DNA of 64,000 nucleotides, taken from NCBI GenBank assembly GCA_965649825.1, contig OZ287702.1, positions 672,786 through 736,785 on the forward strand. Reading direction: 5' to 3'. Position 1 is the stretch's first letter. Every line of letters starts with the position of its first letter. Origin of the DNA: Penicillus capitatus (lineage: Eukaryota; Plantae; Chlorophyta). The notes below the pieces were generated by a model that worked only from the letters and a program-made list of their open reading frames with translations, had not been told where the DNA came from and made no database searches. Shown piece by piece: positions 10,788-22,700 of this stretch. Made by a program: the position numbers and the translations under genes.

Positions 10788-13346
10788 ACTGACTGATAGC
10801 GGCTGTACATGTTTTTAGGTACTGAGTCAAAGTACTAACGCATGTGTCTTCGCGCAGGCAATCCATCCATCCGTTCAACAACACATCAGTAGACCTGACC
10901 AAACAAGGAAAACAGCAGAGATAGATAAACTAGAACCAGAGCAACGCATTGAATTTGAAAGAGAGGCGTTCAACGCGAGTATTAAATCTATTCTTGCCTC
11001 TGTAAATAAAAAAAGTGAGTACTCGAGGCTTAAAGATCAGCAGTGCTTCTGGGCATCGAGGCCCTACGTGGTGTCAATGACACTTCCTGGTTGTTGTTTT
11101 CGATACAGAAGAGGTGAAGGAGCAGTTTGTGTCCTCTTGAAATCGCACCGAGTATATGTGTTAAACGTCCGCAAACAGAAAACGTGTTCGTCGTGTTCGT
11201 CTTATAGAAGATGTTATCGCCAGAAGTAAGTGCTACAACAGTCGTGTACGTATCACCATTTAAACTCATGATGTGACCCCGTCCGTCCCCTTCGGTCGAT
11301 ATCCGCCTTCTACAATATGACAGTCTAGCTTTTACTCTAAACATTCTCTAGACAGTTCACAATTTTTGGGACTTCATCTCCATGCTCTTTGAAATCAATG
11401 TGTCACAGCCCAGGAAAGCAAACAAAGCTTCGGACTGGCGTCAATCCTGGGCATGGATACCTATCAGGGCTCACTATTACTTGTTGGTTGGATCCTCAAG
11501 CAACTTGAATAACGGTGGAGCCGCGTTTGTTATTATTGAATCGGACAACCTGAGGACCGAGAAAGTGTTGAGGGCATGACTGCTACAGTCCAACCGATAA
11601 CTCTCAAACAAAAGTCAATGTCGACATTTGGCAAGTCATGCGTTCACGCCGACACGCAGTCAAGGATGCTGGGGAGGTCGATTTCCTTGTGTCGAGAGGC
11701 GATTCCACGAATTGAAGAAAGGCATCAGAGAAGACGATAACCTACAATACCAAGCGGATATCGTGATCGGGTTTCTCCAGGCAATCGACAATGTGAAGAT
11801 AAAAAAACAAAGGATTCATCACGAAACGGTGCAGATTGACAAAACCTTAAGCTGTCTAATAAGCGCCATGGACGCTCTCTGACGTAAGGCAAAAAACACT
11901 TCAAACTTAATAAGTTGTTTTGTGTGTCTTTATTGACAACGCTTTTTTACTTGCGAAATCACGTCGCTGCGCCCTCAGCAATCATCGAATTCCGCCAGTT
12001 TCTGAGATTTCTGGCGAGTGTCTAAGTGCTCACGGATGACAGTGACGTTTTTCCGAACACTTCAAGGATGCACGTCATCCAGACTCGAACTCTGGATACT
12101 TGCCAATTCACAACTTTCACGTCTTATTACAAACTCGTCTTTCACCCCACTTCGGTCATTTTGCGACCCTCTCGAGCGCGCTTTCTTAACCGTCTCTGAG
12201 TGCTTCTTCACGTTCAAGCGACCAGTTCTGACGGCCTCCAAACCGTCGCCAAAGACTTCTTCGCTTGATCACCCAGCGGACCAACAGTCACACTATCCAT
12301 TGACACCTTATTAGGACAGAAGATGAGTTAATGATGTTGTCACGCGGGAAATGCCGCGCTAAACGAACGTACACAGCGGAAGGCTTCTTCGGTTTACAGA
12401 GCAAGGTCGTTTTTCTACGGAATGCTCCCCATTTTATATGTAGGATGTGACAAGACCTCACAGATCAGTTGAATCATCCAACGTTCAGAGTGATAGGAAA
12501 GTGCACCTGGCAAGACGCTGAGTGCGCCTTCAAGAACAGAACCCCTCAGAATCGAGGAAGATGATGTGATTTCTACGCGAGAGCGTAACAGATGTTCATT
12601 TGCTCTGACAAACATATCTCTGGCTGTTAGAGCATTTCGTCTGTTCGTTCGTGGGTCCGGTCTGTCGGTCTGTCGGTCTAGGCACTTAGAGCGCGACATG
12701 GCAGATGTAACAAGAACGATGATAATCGTTCAATTGAGATTCATAAGTGACACTGATAGCTTCCGCTATCACGTCGCAAGGATAGCTGTCCCTTTCTGAG
12801 TTTTGTCAACGTCAATATACTCAAACGCTCAATTTCTCACTACTCTACTTGCTTGTAATCCCGTGTGTCGCAACACCTTACCTTGACGGAGATCTAAAGT
12901 ATCCATGCAGACTCCACTTCGCGCAACAAGGACAACGGAGTTGAAAATGGAACGCATTGGCGAGGTCTACAAAATCGATCCTTTAGTCTTTCTTTGGGCT
13001 GAGTGAGGGCTATGTAACAGAGTTAAACAGGCATCACTACACTCGCTGCGTTGTGCATGGTCGTCCATCTGTTTCGAGAAAAAAATTCTATTCAAATCTT
13101 CAAGCAGTCAAACTAAATTATGTGTATTGTTCTCTGAACTGCAGAAAATCCTCAACGCTGCGAAGATCATGCAATTCCGTACAGGCTGGAACTAACAACA
13201 CACACAACGGACAGAATGCCATTCTGATGCGAATAAAAATGTAAAATTGTTGGTGTAATTCTTTCTGCTAACCGAAATGCAGCGTCTGAGCTCAGAGATC
13301 ATGTTTTAGCAATGGTTCTCGGACTCTTGCATTTCCCGTCTGAGAT

Positions 13347-15552
13347 TCAGATCTGGAATAAGTCGTTACTTGAGGTCCAGTGCGAAGCGCCCGTCCCTTC
13401 AGGTACGCAGTTCACAGTTCTCCCACGATGTTTGACACGATGCACCTGGGCGAGGGCGAGAAGGATTTCGATGGTCTTCGGATCGTTGTATTCACTCTTG
13501 ACCAAACGCGTCAAGGAACTGATTTGCACCTTCTCTTCTGTAAAGGTGTCAATCCAGTCAGCCATGTCAACTGTCGTAATCTCCACATTACCGGACGACT
13601 GTGACACAGAGATGCGACGGCGAGATACAAGACATGACGATCTTACGGCTTCTGATTGTTCTTCGAGTCCGCCGTTGCCATCTGTCAACCGTCTGTGGCG
13701 TAGAAAGAAGTCGGCCAGGCATGCCACCTCATCCAGACTCAAAATCTGACTATTCTCCCTTTCGCCTTGAAAAATGGCAGCCAAGTGCTTGTAGATCTCT
13801 TGGCGATCCAGAGTTCCCGATCCGTCATCATCTAATCTCCTGAATGCCATTCCAGCAACGAGAGAATGAACTGCAAATCGGGCATAGTCCTTTCTCCAGT
13901 TGACGGGTTCTTCCATGTGTTCGGCGTAGAGCGTAGACGCTACGCCCAACCCATAAATTGCAACATAAGAGATGGCAATCTGTGCAAAACCCAGCAATAC
14001 AGCGCCGGTTATCACTGCATTAACAAGACAGAAGAATTCGAAGCGTCCCATATTCCCTAGGAAACATTTCGTATAATCCTGGCGATGGTAAGCAGTCTGA
14101 CCTGTAATCTTGAATCTGAGCTCAATGCCATTTCTCTGGTAGTCTACTTGGATCCCTTCCAAAAGAGGTTCTGTTGCATTCTCCGGGCGACGCTCACGTT
14201 CTGGATTGATGAAAAACGGATCATCTGTATAGTTAATCGACTGCTGAATGTCTGACGCTTGAGATGACCATGTGTACTGAGGAGTCACTTCAACAATGCA
14301 GATCGTGTCTCCTGCCTTCTCTCCCGACCTCCATTTGTAGCGACGAGGAGCCAGTGCACGGGTGTAGTACTTAAACGTCATGATCAGAGTGACTCCAGAG
14401 AGACGAGCATAGGGATAGGGGACTGTTTCATCGTCCCTAGCCAACAAATCCAGTCCCTGACCGTTAGGCTGTTCATCCAGTCGCTTGTCCAAATCCACTC
14501 CACTGATATTCAATAGTTGCTTTATGGTAAGGCGTATAGGATCGCCATCTCGTTCCCAGCGCTCTCCTCCATCGTAGTTTTCCGCTCTGATAACTGTCTG
14601 CGGAACGGAGCCACTCTTGTCCACGACAGATGTATAGTAGGAGTGCATGAATGTCTAGGTGCACAGACAAGAAGATTGAGTGCCAGTGCCGCCACAGAGT
14701 CAGGCCCCTTACAAATGGAATCACTTCGGGATCGATCATGAAGTACTGATCCACTGTGTTAAAGATGCAGATGCCAAAGAAACTGTGCTCTTTGACTTTA
14801 CTGGCTCTGCCGCAGACATCTGGAACATCTTTCACAGCTGGACAATCTCTTCCTGTCGGCACATCGACGTAGTAGAGCTTATCGACGAGCAAATAGGTGG
14901 GGACGAAGAACTTCTTCTCTTCCTTCTGAGTGTTAGACAAGATGTCCATCACCAAACACCTAAACCCATCCGACCACTCTTTGCACTTTTTACTGTTATT
15001 GCTTACTGGAACTCTTTATATTCCATGCCTCCAAACGCGTATTCGTATTCCTTTGCACTGTCTCCACAGTAGCGCAGGCTACTGTTCTCATATTGCTGTA
15101 CCAGACATCACAGAAGGTTTTTTTGATGCCATGAAAAGCAAGACTGGCGTTCTTACATACTGTTGATCTGAGAGTACTTGTCTTCTTTCACTCAGTGTTA
15201 GCTGCACGATTGGATCGACAGCGCCCTTTGGCACCTGATATCTCAACGGTCAGTTAATGATCTTGACAGACGGTTGTGGGTAGGTACCTCTTGGCGCATG
15301 TAAGCACCTTTCTTTATAATGTCAACAAAGATGTAGGATAAGATGATCGCTTGAAGCAACCTCAAAGATAAACCCTGAGACACATCCTCAGCGAAAAGAC
15401 GGCGTGCAGCCCGTATTACATACAAGGCGCCAATCTTTGATGACTACTGATTTTCCCGTGGAAAACTCAAACAGAGGCTGAATAAAGAAGTCGTAAAGTG
15501 GACTACCGTATCTCCTTGAGCATTCTGTGAAAGCACGACAGCCATTCGCCAT
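13347..15552 (-). CDS. P2X-family ATP-gated cation channel with C-terminal EF-hand, multi-exon
   Basis: ATG 15552: LFEFSTGKSVVIKDWRL/GLSLRLLQAIILSYIF (N-terminal motif and TM1), KKGAY, ectodomain RLSGVTL and QRNGIELRFKIT/GNMGRFEF, TM2 LVNAVITGAVLLGFAQIAISYV, then EF-hand loop DDDGSGTLDRQE. Confidence 0.85.
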
Positions 15553-17699
15553 TCCGTCCAGATCGCTACGCTAACAAGTGATTATATATAACGAATTCAA
15601 GATGCACGCATGTTTGTCTCATCACGCACATATCCATTGTGCACTGCTGCAGTCAAATCGGCCAGATGTTCTGTACTATGCACTTTTTTGTTGGTGTGAG
15701 CGTTGAAAACTCAATGCACAACTCCAAAAGCTGTTATTGCGCGTCTGTTTCGCACAGTTTTATCTTCCGGATCTAGAAAGCAACCCGTTTGTATTCTTCC
15801 TCTTTCCGGCGCCGACCGACATCGATTGACGATTACGCGTTTCGCGTGAGACTTCTTGAAGCAACATTGATGTGGAAGACGTAAGTCTCGCAAGCCAATC
15901 AGTCGCCTTTGTCGAATTCGGGAAAAGGAATGTGACTGAAGCCACAAGAACACATTTGATGACTGGCAACTAATACCTGCACGTGTAGATCTTTGGTCCA
16001 GTTGTCGAGCTTCTAACAGCAGATGAGGGGTGTAAGAATGTCTTGACATAGCGCCGTAGGGCGCCACAGATGACTCTTTGCATTCCTTACGACGGCACTG
16101 CTCGGCAGCATTCGTGCGTTTTTAGAGCTAGAAAGACGCCGCAACACAATGCGGAACGGCAGATATAGGAGCAAGAGCCACGAACGTCTTTGTTTACAGG
16201 AAAGCTGCTTGAGAGACATCGTCGCCCCTCGACGGCGGTGTCCAAGAGGCTCTGAGAACCACGTCTGTTTCGGCCAGTGGCATATCTAGGTCTACCGCAT
16301 CGTCCTCCTTAGTTTCTCTTTTGCGTCACCTGCTCGGCTGAACCTCTCGGTGCAATCTCGCAAAAGGTTCCTTGAAATGGCGTGCCAGTCCTCTGGTCCT
16401 CTCGATCATCTCTTCCGTTGGCGCGTCCGTATAACCATCGGATTCTTCATGTTTTCCTCACCTGGTAAAACTGCATGGAAGCTCTGAGCAGACTATAAAC
16501 AAGGTAGCTTTAGAAGAGTGCTATATGACGGCGAACCTTCTCGCGTTACCGTCTAGTGAAGCTTATGTGTTGATTTGCTGCGACAGACACGAACCACAAA
16601 TGCGCCGTAGATCCTACTGGTGGGACCGTGCATCATTTTATGAGCGGCCACAACAAGAAGTTCATTACAACAGGAGACAAGACTTTTATTCCGGTGTGTC
16701 AAAACTCTGATGGAAGCTCTAACAAGGATTTCATCAAGAACTTATATCTGTAGTCTGAAGTCCAACGTGTGTTGAGCTTTTTGAGAACTGACCACTCGCA
16801 TGCATGTACCCCATTGGCCAACACATCGCATGACCGCGATCAGCGCCACGACGAATGCCTCTGACTGCGAACCCCTTCCGCGAGAATACCAATTCAATTC
16901 AAAAATGTTGCCGCATGTCTTTAGTGATGCGGTTCCAGCAATAGGACGCATTCTCTGTACACTCCGATGACATCACGACTGACACACATCATTGCGATCA
17001 TTTTGTTTTCATTGTTTCCCAGCGGATATGTTGCGAGTTCTTCTTACGGTCGGAGCAACAGTTGCTTGTCGCGGTTTCATCAATGTCATCGACTGTTGTT
17101 TTAGCAAAGGTAATGCGATATTACCCATGATAAGAAACTCTTCACTGACTCGTGTCTACGCAAGAAAACAAAAATGCGATGGCTCTCAATCAAAGGCGCC
17201 GATAAGACAATGAAATATGTCGAGGAGCTGTACTGAAATGTAATCAGATGAAATGCGATCAACAGGATCAAGAATTGATCATAAAAGGGCCGACTGACTA
17301 GTTTGGAAGAACCGATATCGGGGTCGATGTAACGTTTCACAGAAGTGCCGAGTCGACAACGCACGAACGACGGCGCGAATGAATGCTCAAACGATAACAC
17401 AGGAACTCGAGATTAATTACAACAGGAATGTCAACCTTAAGTACCCACGGTGGTTACAGTTTTCCTAACCTTAGTACCTAACAGTCGTGAACTTCTAGCG
17501 CAAGTTGATAACCACATGCCTATCGTTATGGGGAAGTTAGCTCGGGAGCCGACATCCGTCGCGACCGATGGTCAGCGCGCCTGGATGGTTATACTACGGC
17601 ACTCCTACTTCCGGTGGTTTACAGACGGCAGTTAAATGCTACATCTCCTACAACCGATGTCAACTCGACTCTCGGATCCAAAGCAGAATGTTGTGTATG

Positions 17700-18122
17700 G
17701 TGTGGTTTCTTTGTAAGTGTATCTTTGAGTTGTTCGAAACAATGGACGAAAAAGCTATTAATCACACTAAATACATTATTCGATGGCAGTTCTTCTCCAT
17801 TCGATAGGAGGACGAAACGCATTTCATGGATCTTGTATTTTGCCAGAAAGTAAGCAAGCACCAAGGAGAAACCGATTTTAGAGACAGAATGACTGTTGTT
17901 AAACTGGATGATAAAGCGTCGTTCTTCTTGTCGTTCAGAATAAGACTGCACAGTGTAGTGAAAGCACTATCAATGGGAGATGAAGATTCAAACAGATTAA
18001 GGACGTTCATCTTTAAGTTGAATGATGATGCCGAAACGTGCAGAAAAGAGCAAACAGCAAAAGGCAAGAAGAAGCATTCCTTGCAGACACAGTTTAGAAC
18101 TACACTGCGGTATCTGTTGTGA
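17700..18122 (+). mobile_element. Possible degenerate LTR-retrotransposon gag remnant
   Basis: One frame reads RWQFFSIR*EDETHFMDLV...FRDRMTVVKLDD, resembling the retrotransposon gag pattern F..R.Q...E...DF...L.DR; interrupted by TAG; no LTRs or pol seen. Confidence 0.3.
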
Positions 18123-18161
18123 CTGACTGGATAGGGAGGAGCGAGTCGTCCAACGGGCACG

Positions 18162-18650
18162 TCAGCGCTGGTTTCGGGGCGTTTGTAACAGTGGACGCTC
18201 TTTATGGACCCCGCGAATCTCGAGACGTTTCACGATCTCAATGCGTCTTCGTGGACGAATGGTTTTGGAGACGTTAAAGCCTATTACATCACCGGCGCTC
18301 GCACAGTCGACAACGTCTTGTAAGTCGTAGTCTTCGAAGAACTCGTCGCCGATGGTCCATATACCACGTTTTCTACTAAAAATGCGTTGGCGCCTTCGTC
18401 TTTCAAGGCGCATCCCTCTCCTGTGGAGAAAACATCAAGGTCAGGACGTGTGGTCAGCGTATACGTTTGGCGTCCGGTGACTCGAAACTCTTCCCGGCCC
18501 GGAAGAGCGACAAGAGTTAATATTACGTATTTACGCGTAGTCTTCGAAGAATGGGTACGTTTGTTCTTTCACTTCCGAGTTCTGTTGCGCTTCTGTAAGA
18601 CAGTTTAGAAGCAGAATGATGCCAATGGCAGACCGTCTGAAGCTTATCAT
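18162..18650 (-). pseudogene. Fragment of a secreted protein gene, apparently frameshifted and truncated
   Basis: Signal peptide MISFRRSAIGIILLLNCLTEAQQ; downstream CALKDEGANAFLVEN and GIWTIGDEFFEDYDLQDVVDCASAGDVIGF lie in different frames; stop soon after. Confidence 0.4.
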
Positions 18651-19716
18651 GATGATGGGCACTTGCGAACTTGTCAAAAAGAAAGACCAAGCGTTTGGAT
18701 GCCTGATGTCAGCGCAGGTTACTTGCATATATGTCAGTGGACAGCTGTCCACCTTCGTGCAGCTGACCAAAGAATTGTATAAATTCAGAAGAATATTGTT
18801 TGAACAGTCTTTGTTGAACGATACGCCTTCGTCGTATTCGTGTCGTTTATCGACAACGCGACAATATAATTAACTCCTCATTAACATGGAGTTTGAATTA
18901 ACATGTGCTGTGCCCAGTCAGACAGTCAGAGGAGCTAACAAAGCCTTGGCTAACAATATCGTAGAGTCCGTAATTGCACTTGACACAATCGATTCCACCC
19001 CAGTCGACAAGAGATCCCGACCAAGTGTTTTTGACCTCCCTCAATCCAACGACTGCATTTGACAGCGTGGCCTATCCAGTGTTGCCTCAGAAACATGTCA
19101 CTCCTTAGATAAGTCCTACATTTCATCCATGATTTCCTTATCAAGAGATGGGCCTCTATGGATCACGAGAATACAAAATTTGTCCACAAACTGACAATGG
19201 AAGTCTTACACGGCTCATCGTCGTTATCTCCGTTTTTGTTCGCGTGCCGCTAAAGACTATGTCACCCTTCAGATCATTGTCCAATTGGCATAACGATGTT
19301 TGCGGACGATCTACTACTCCGACCCCTCGCTGTCGACCTGAGAACGAACTCGCCGCACATCGGTCTCCACCGCTTCTTGGTCAGCAACTGCTCGTGGGTG
19401 GATAGCCATGATAGTGATACTTTGGAGATGAAACGGAAGAACTTTATTGTTCTTCAGTCTAACCAAGAAAAACCGAGTTCACCAACTGGCAGAAACAGGT
19501 AACATCAGATGATATTATTAAATGTTGAAAAGCGGTTAACTGTCCTTGAAGAACGTTATCAACAATTGTAAAGAAAGGGAGCCGTGTGGATAGAATTCAA
19601 ATGTTGCCATATATGCAAGTTGCGTATCTTAAGAAGACAGGACGCTAATTAAGAAAGCTTACACAAACAAATGTACCAGAACAAAATACATTAAACAAGA
19701 CAACAAACACCGTTTT

Positions 19717-22700
19717 TCATTTGTTATCGAGGCGTTTACGCATAGCTCTCTGTCTTCTCCAATACAACAACGCTTGGATGATATGTCCAGATCTAAAAAG
19801 ACAGATGGCGCAGTTCTTGATGCATTCGACGAGTTCCGGGTGGTCGGCGTCGCCGTGAAGGCGCTCGCACATATCGAGAGCCCTTCTGTAAACCGGCAGA
19901 GCCTCGTTGATTCTCCCCGTACGGTCGAGTCCGATGGCGTAGCTCTTGATGCAGTCGACGAGTTCCGGGTGGTCGGCGTCGCCGTGAAGGCGCTCGCACA
20001 TATCGAGAGCCCTTCTGTAAACCGGCAGAGCCTCGTTGATTCTCCCCGTACGGTCGAGTCCGATGGCGTAGCTCTTGATGCAGTCGACGAGTTCCGGGTG
20101 GTCGGCGTCGCCGTGAAGGCGCTCGCACATATCGAGAGCCCTCTTGAGAACCGGCAGAGCCTCGTTGATTCTCCCCGTACGGTCAAGTCCGATGGCGCAG
20201 TTCTTGATGCATTCGACGAGTTCCGGGTGGTCGGCGTCGCCGTGAAGGCGCTCGCACATATCGAGAGCCCTTCTGTAAACCGGCAGAGCCTCGTCGATTC
20301 TCCCCGTACGGTCGAGTCCGATGGCGTATCTCTTGATGCAGTCGACGAGTTCCGGGTGGTCGGCGTCGCCGTGAAGGCGCTCGCACATATCGAGAGCCCT
20401 CTTGCGAACCGGCAGAGCCTCGTTGATTCTCCCCGTACGGTCGAGTCCGATGGCGTATCTCTTGATGCAGTCGACGAGTTCCGGGTGGTCGGCGTCGCCG
20501 TGAAGGCGCTCGCACATATCGAGAGCCCTCTTGCGAACCGGCAGAGCCTCGTCGATTCTCCCCGTACGGCCGAGTCCGATGGCGCAGTTCTTGATGCATT
20601 CGACGAGTTCCGGGTGGTCGGCGTCGCCGTGAAGGCGCTCGCACATATCGAGAGCCCTTCTGTAAACCGGCAGAGCCTCGTCGATTCTCCCCGTACGGTC
20701 GAGTCCGATGGCGTATCTCTTGATGCAGTCGACGAGTTCCGGGTGGTCGGCGTCGCCGTGAAGGCGCTCGCACATATCGAGAGCCCTCTTGCGAACCGGC
20801 AGAGCCTCGTTGATTCTCCCCGTACGGTCGAGTCCGATGGCGTATCTCTTGATGCAGTCGACGAGTTCCGGGTGGTCGGCGTCGCCGTGAAGGCGCTCGC
20901 ACATTTCTAGCGCTTTTTGAGAGTATAAGAGCGATTCGCCGAACATACATATCTCTTGATAGGCTCGCGACATTTGTTTCAGTAATCCCAGTTCCACGTT
21001 AGTGTCGTTGCATTTGTCGGAGTTTCTTAGGAGTGACAACTCGTTACGAGCGAGCAAAGTCCACTGCTCTCGATTTGAACGAGAAGTTTTCCACTCGCCA
21101 ATGTATCGGCCGATCGAATGCACTACTTCTTTGATGTGTTCTTCGATTGTATCCTTGTTTGTTTCTCCGTGCTTTTGGGTTTGGCTGGATATGTTGTTGC
21201 CGAAGAGAAGGTGTCGTACTACAAGCTGTGTCTCCGCGTGGATAAAGATCTGGTTCTTCTCTCTATCCCATGAGACATAGGAGAAACGCTCAAGGAGCCT
21301 TATCGATTTTCGTATCGTCGTCTTGGACTGTTGATCTTCGGGCATGATCCACTTGTATACCCACTCGATAGGCACTCCGCTCGGGTCAAGAAGTGCTAAC
21401 TTGGCGAGAAGGTCGAGTGAACGCGATCCCAGATCGCCGGGTTCCTTCGAGATTTTTCGCATGATCGAATTGAACACGAAAACCATTCCACCGGCTACCC
21501 CACCGAATTGCTTTGCAGAGAGCATTTCCATCACCTCGGCTTCTCTCTCCGAATCGTCATAGCATCGAACTTTATCTAACCACTCAGCGGGCGTCTGCTC
21601 TTCATGCTGCACCATTGCGAAGAACTGTGCAAGAGCCAGCGGAAATCTCGGCAAGATGTTGGTCAACTCATCCAAATCATTACCATATGATGGATCGCCG
21701 AATCCAAATTTCTTCGCCAGATCTTGTGTTTCGAGTTTGTCGAATGGATCGAGTCGAACCATGTCGTGTGACCAGTCCCTCGCTCCACCGTCCCTCGTGG
21801 TGACAATAACATGTCCATTTGCCAGCGGAAAACATTCACGAATGGATTCGAGATCAGGCGCGTCGTCAAAGACGAAGAGATTGCGCGATTTTCTCAGCTC
21901 TTCGTGAACACGTCTGACCAGTTTCGGGATCTCGATGTCCGTCGGAAGCTCCAAGCATTCTGCAATCTGTAAGAAAGCAGCTGAGAGGCCCTCCGCGGAG
22001 TCTGAAGGAATCCAGAAATCGTTAACGTAATTGCCCATGCTTTTGAGACTTTCGAACACCTTCGCCGCGAGCTGAGACTTTCCTATGCCGCCAGGCCCGA
22101 CGACTGCCTTGACTACAACTCGCTCCGTGCTCGATTCGAACGCTTCGACCAATTCGGTGTATTCAGACTTTCTCCCTGCAAAGTGACGAACCACGAGAGG
22201 CGCAAACAAACAATGATGCTTCTTCAGCGGAGAATGAACTTCGGTTGATGCACGCGATAATTCGCCTTCGAGATTCTTCCACACTTGGGAGAACAGCTTG
22301 CTGCTTATTGACTCTGTCCGGACGGACGGGACTGACTGGATCCGTTCCTCGACCGTCTTCCCTCCTAACCATTCGGACAGCACTCCCTCACATAACTCGC
22401 TATGCATGTTCGACGCCAAGTTCTTCAAGGCTCCATGCGCTCTGTGCTGCTCTGGCTTGCGTCCTTGGGCGCTCAACTGTGCTAGATTGTCGAGCATCTC
22501 CAAGAAGAGGTCAGGGTCGCTCGACCAGTCACACTTATCTCTTGGTTTCACGAGGCCTGCTAGAGTCTCGGCGCTCATACATCGAACGGCGTCATCCTTC
22601 CCGTGAATTGCGAGGCTGGTCAACATCTCCACTATGCCAAACCTCAGAGCCTTGCATCCTTCTTCGTTGGATCCCGTTTCTTCGAACACAAGCGACGAGA

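Noticed and set aside
10900-13300. Scattered short ORFs between the membrane-protein pair and P2X
   Set aside because: No conserved motifs or consistent exon chain found; left unannotated.
19800-20910. Possible CRISPR array
   Set aside because: Units are contiguous 129-bp coding repeats with no unique spacers, in a eukaryotic gene.
19774-20950. Long repetitive ORFs on the + strand (378 aa) and in an alternative - frame (255 aa)
   Set aside because: Shadows of the 129-bp TPR array; only the - frame continuous with NB-ARC gives a sensible protein.
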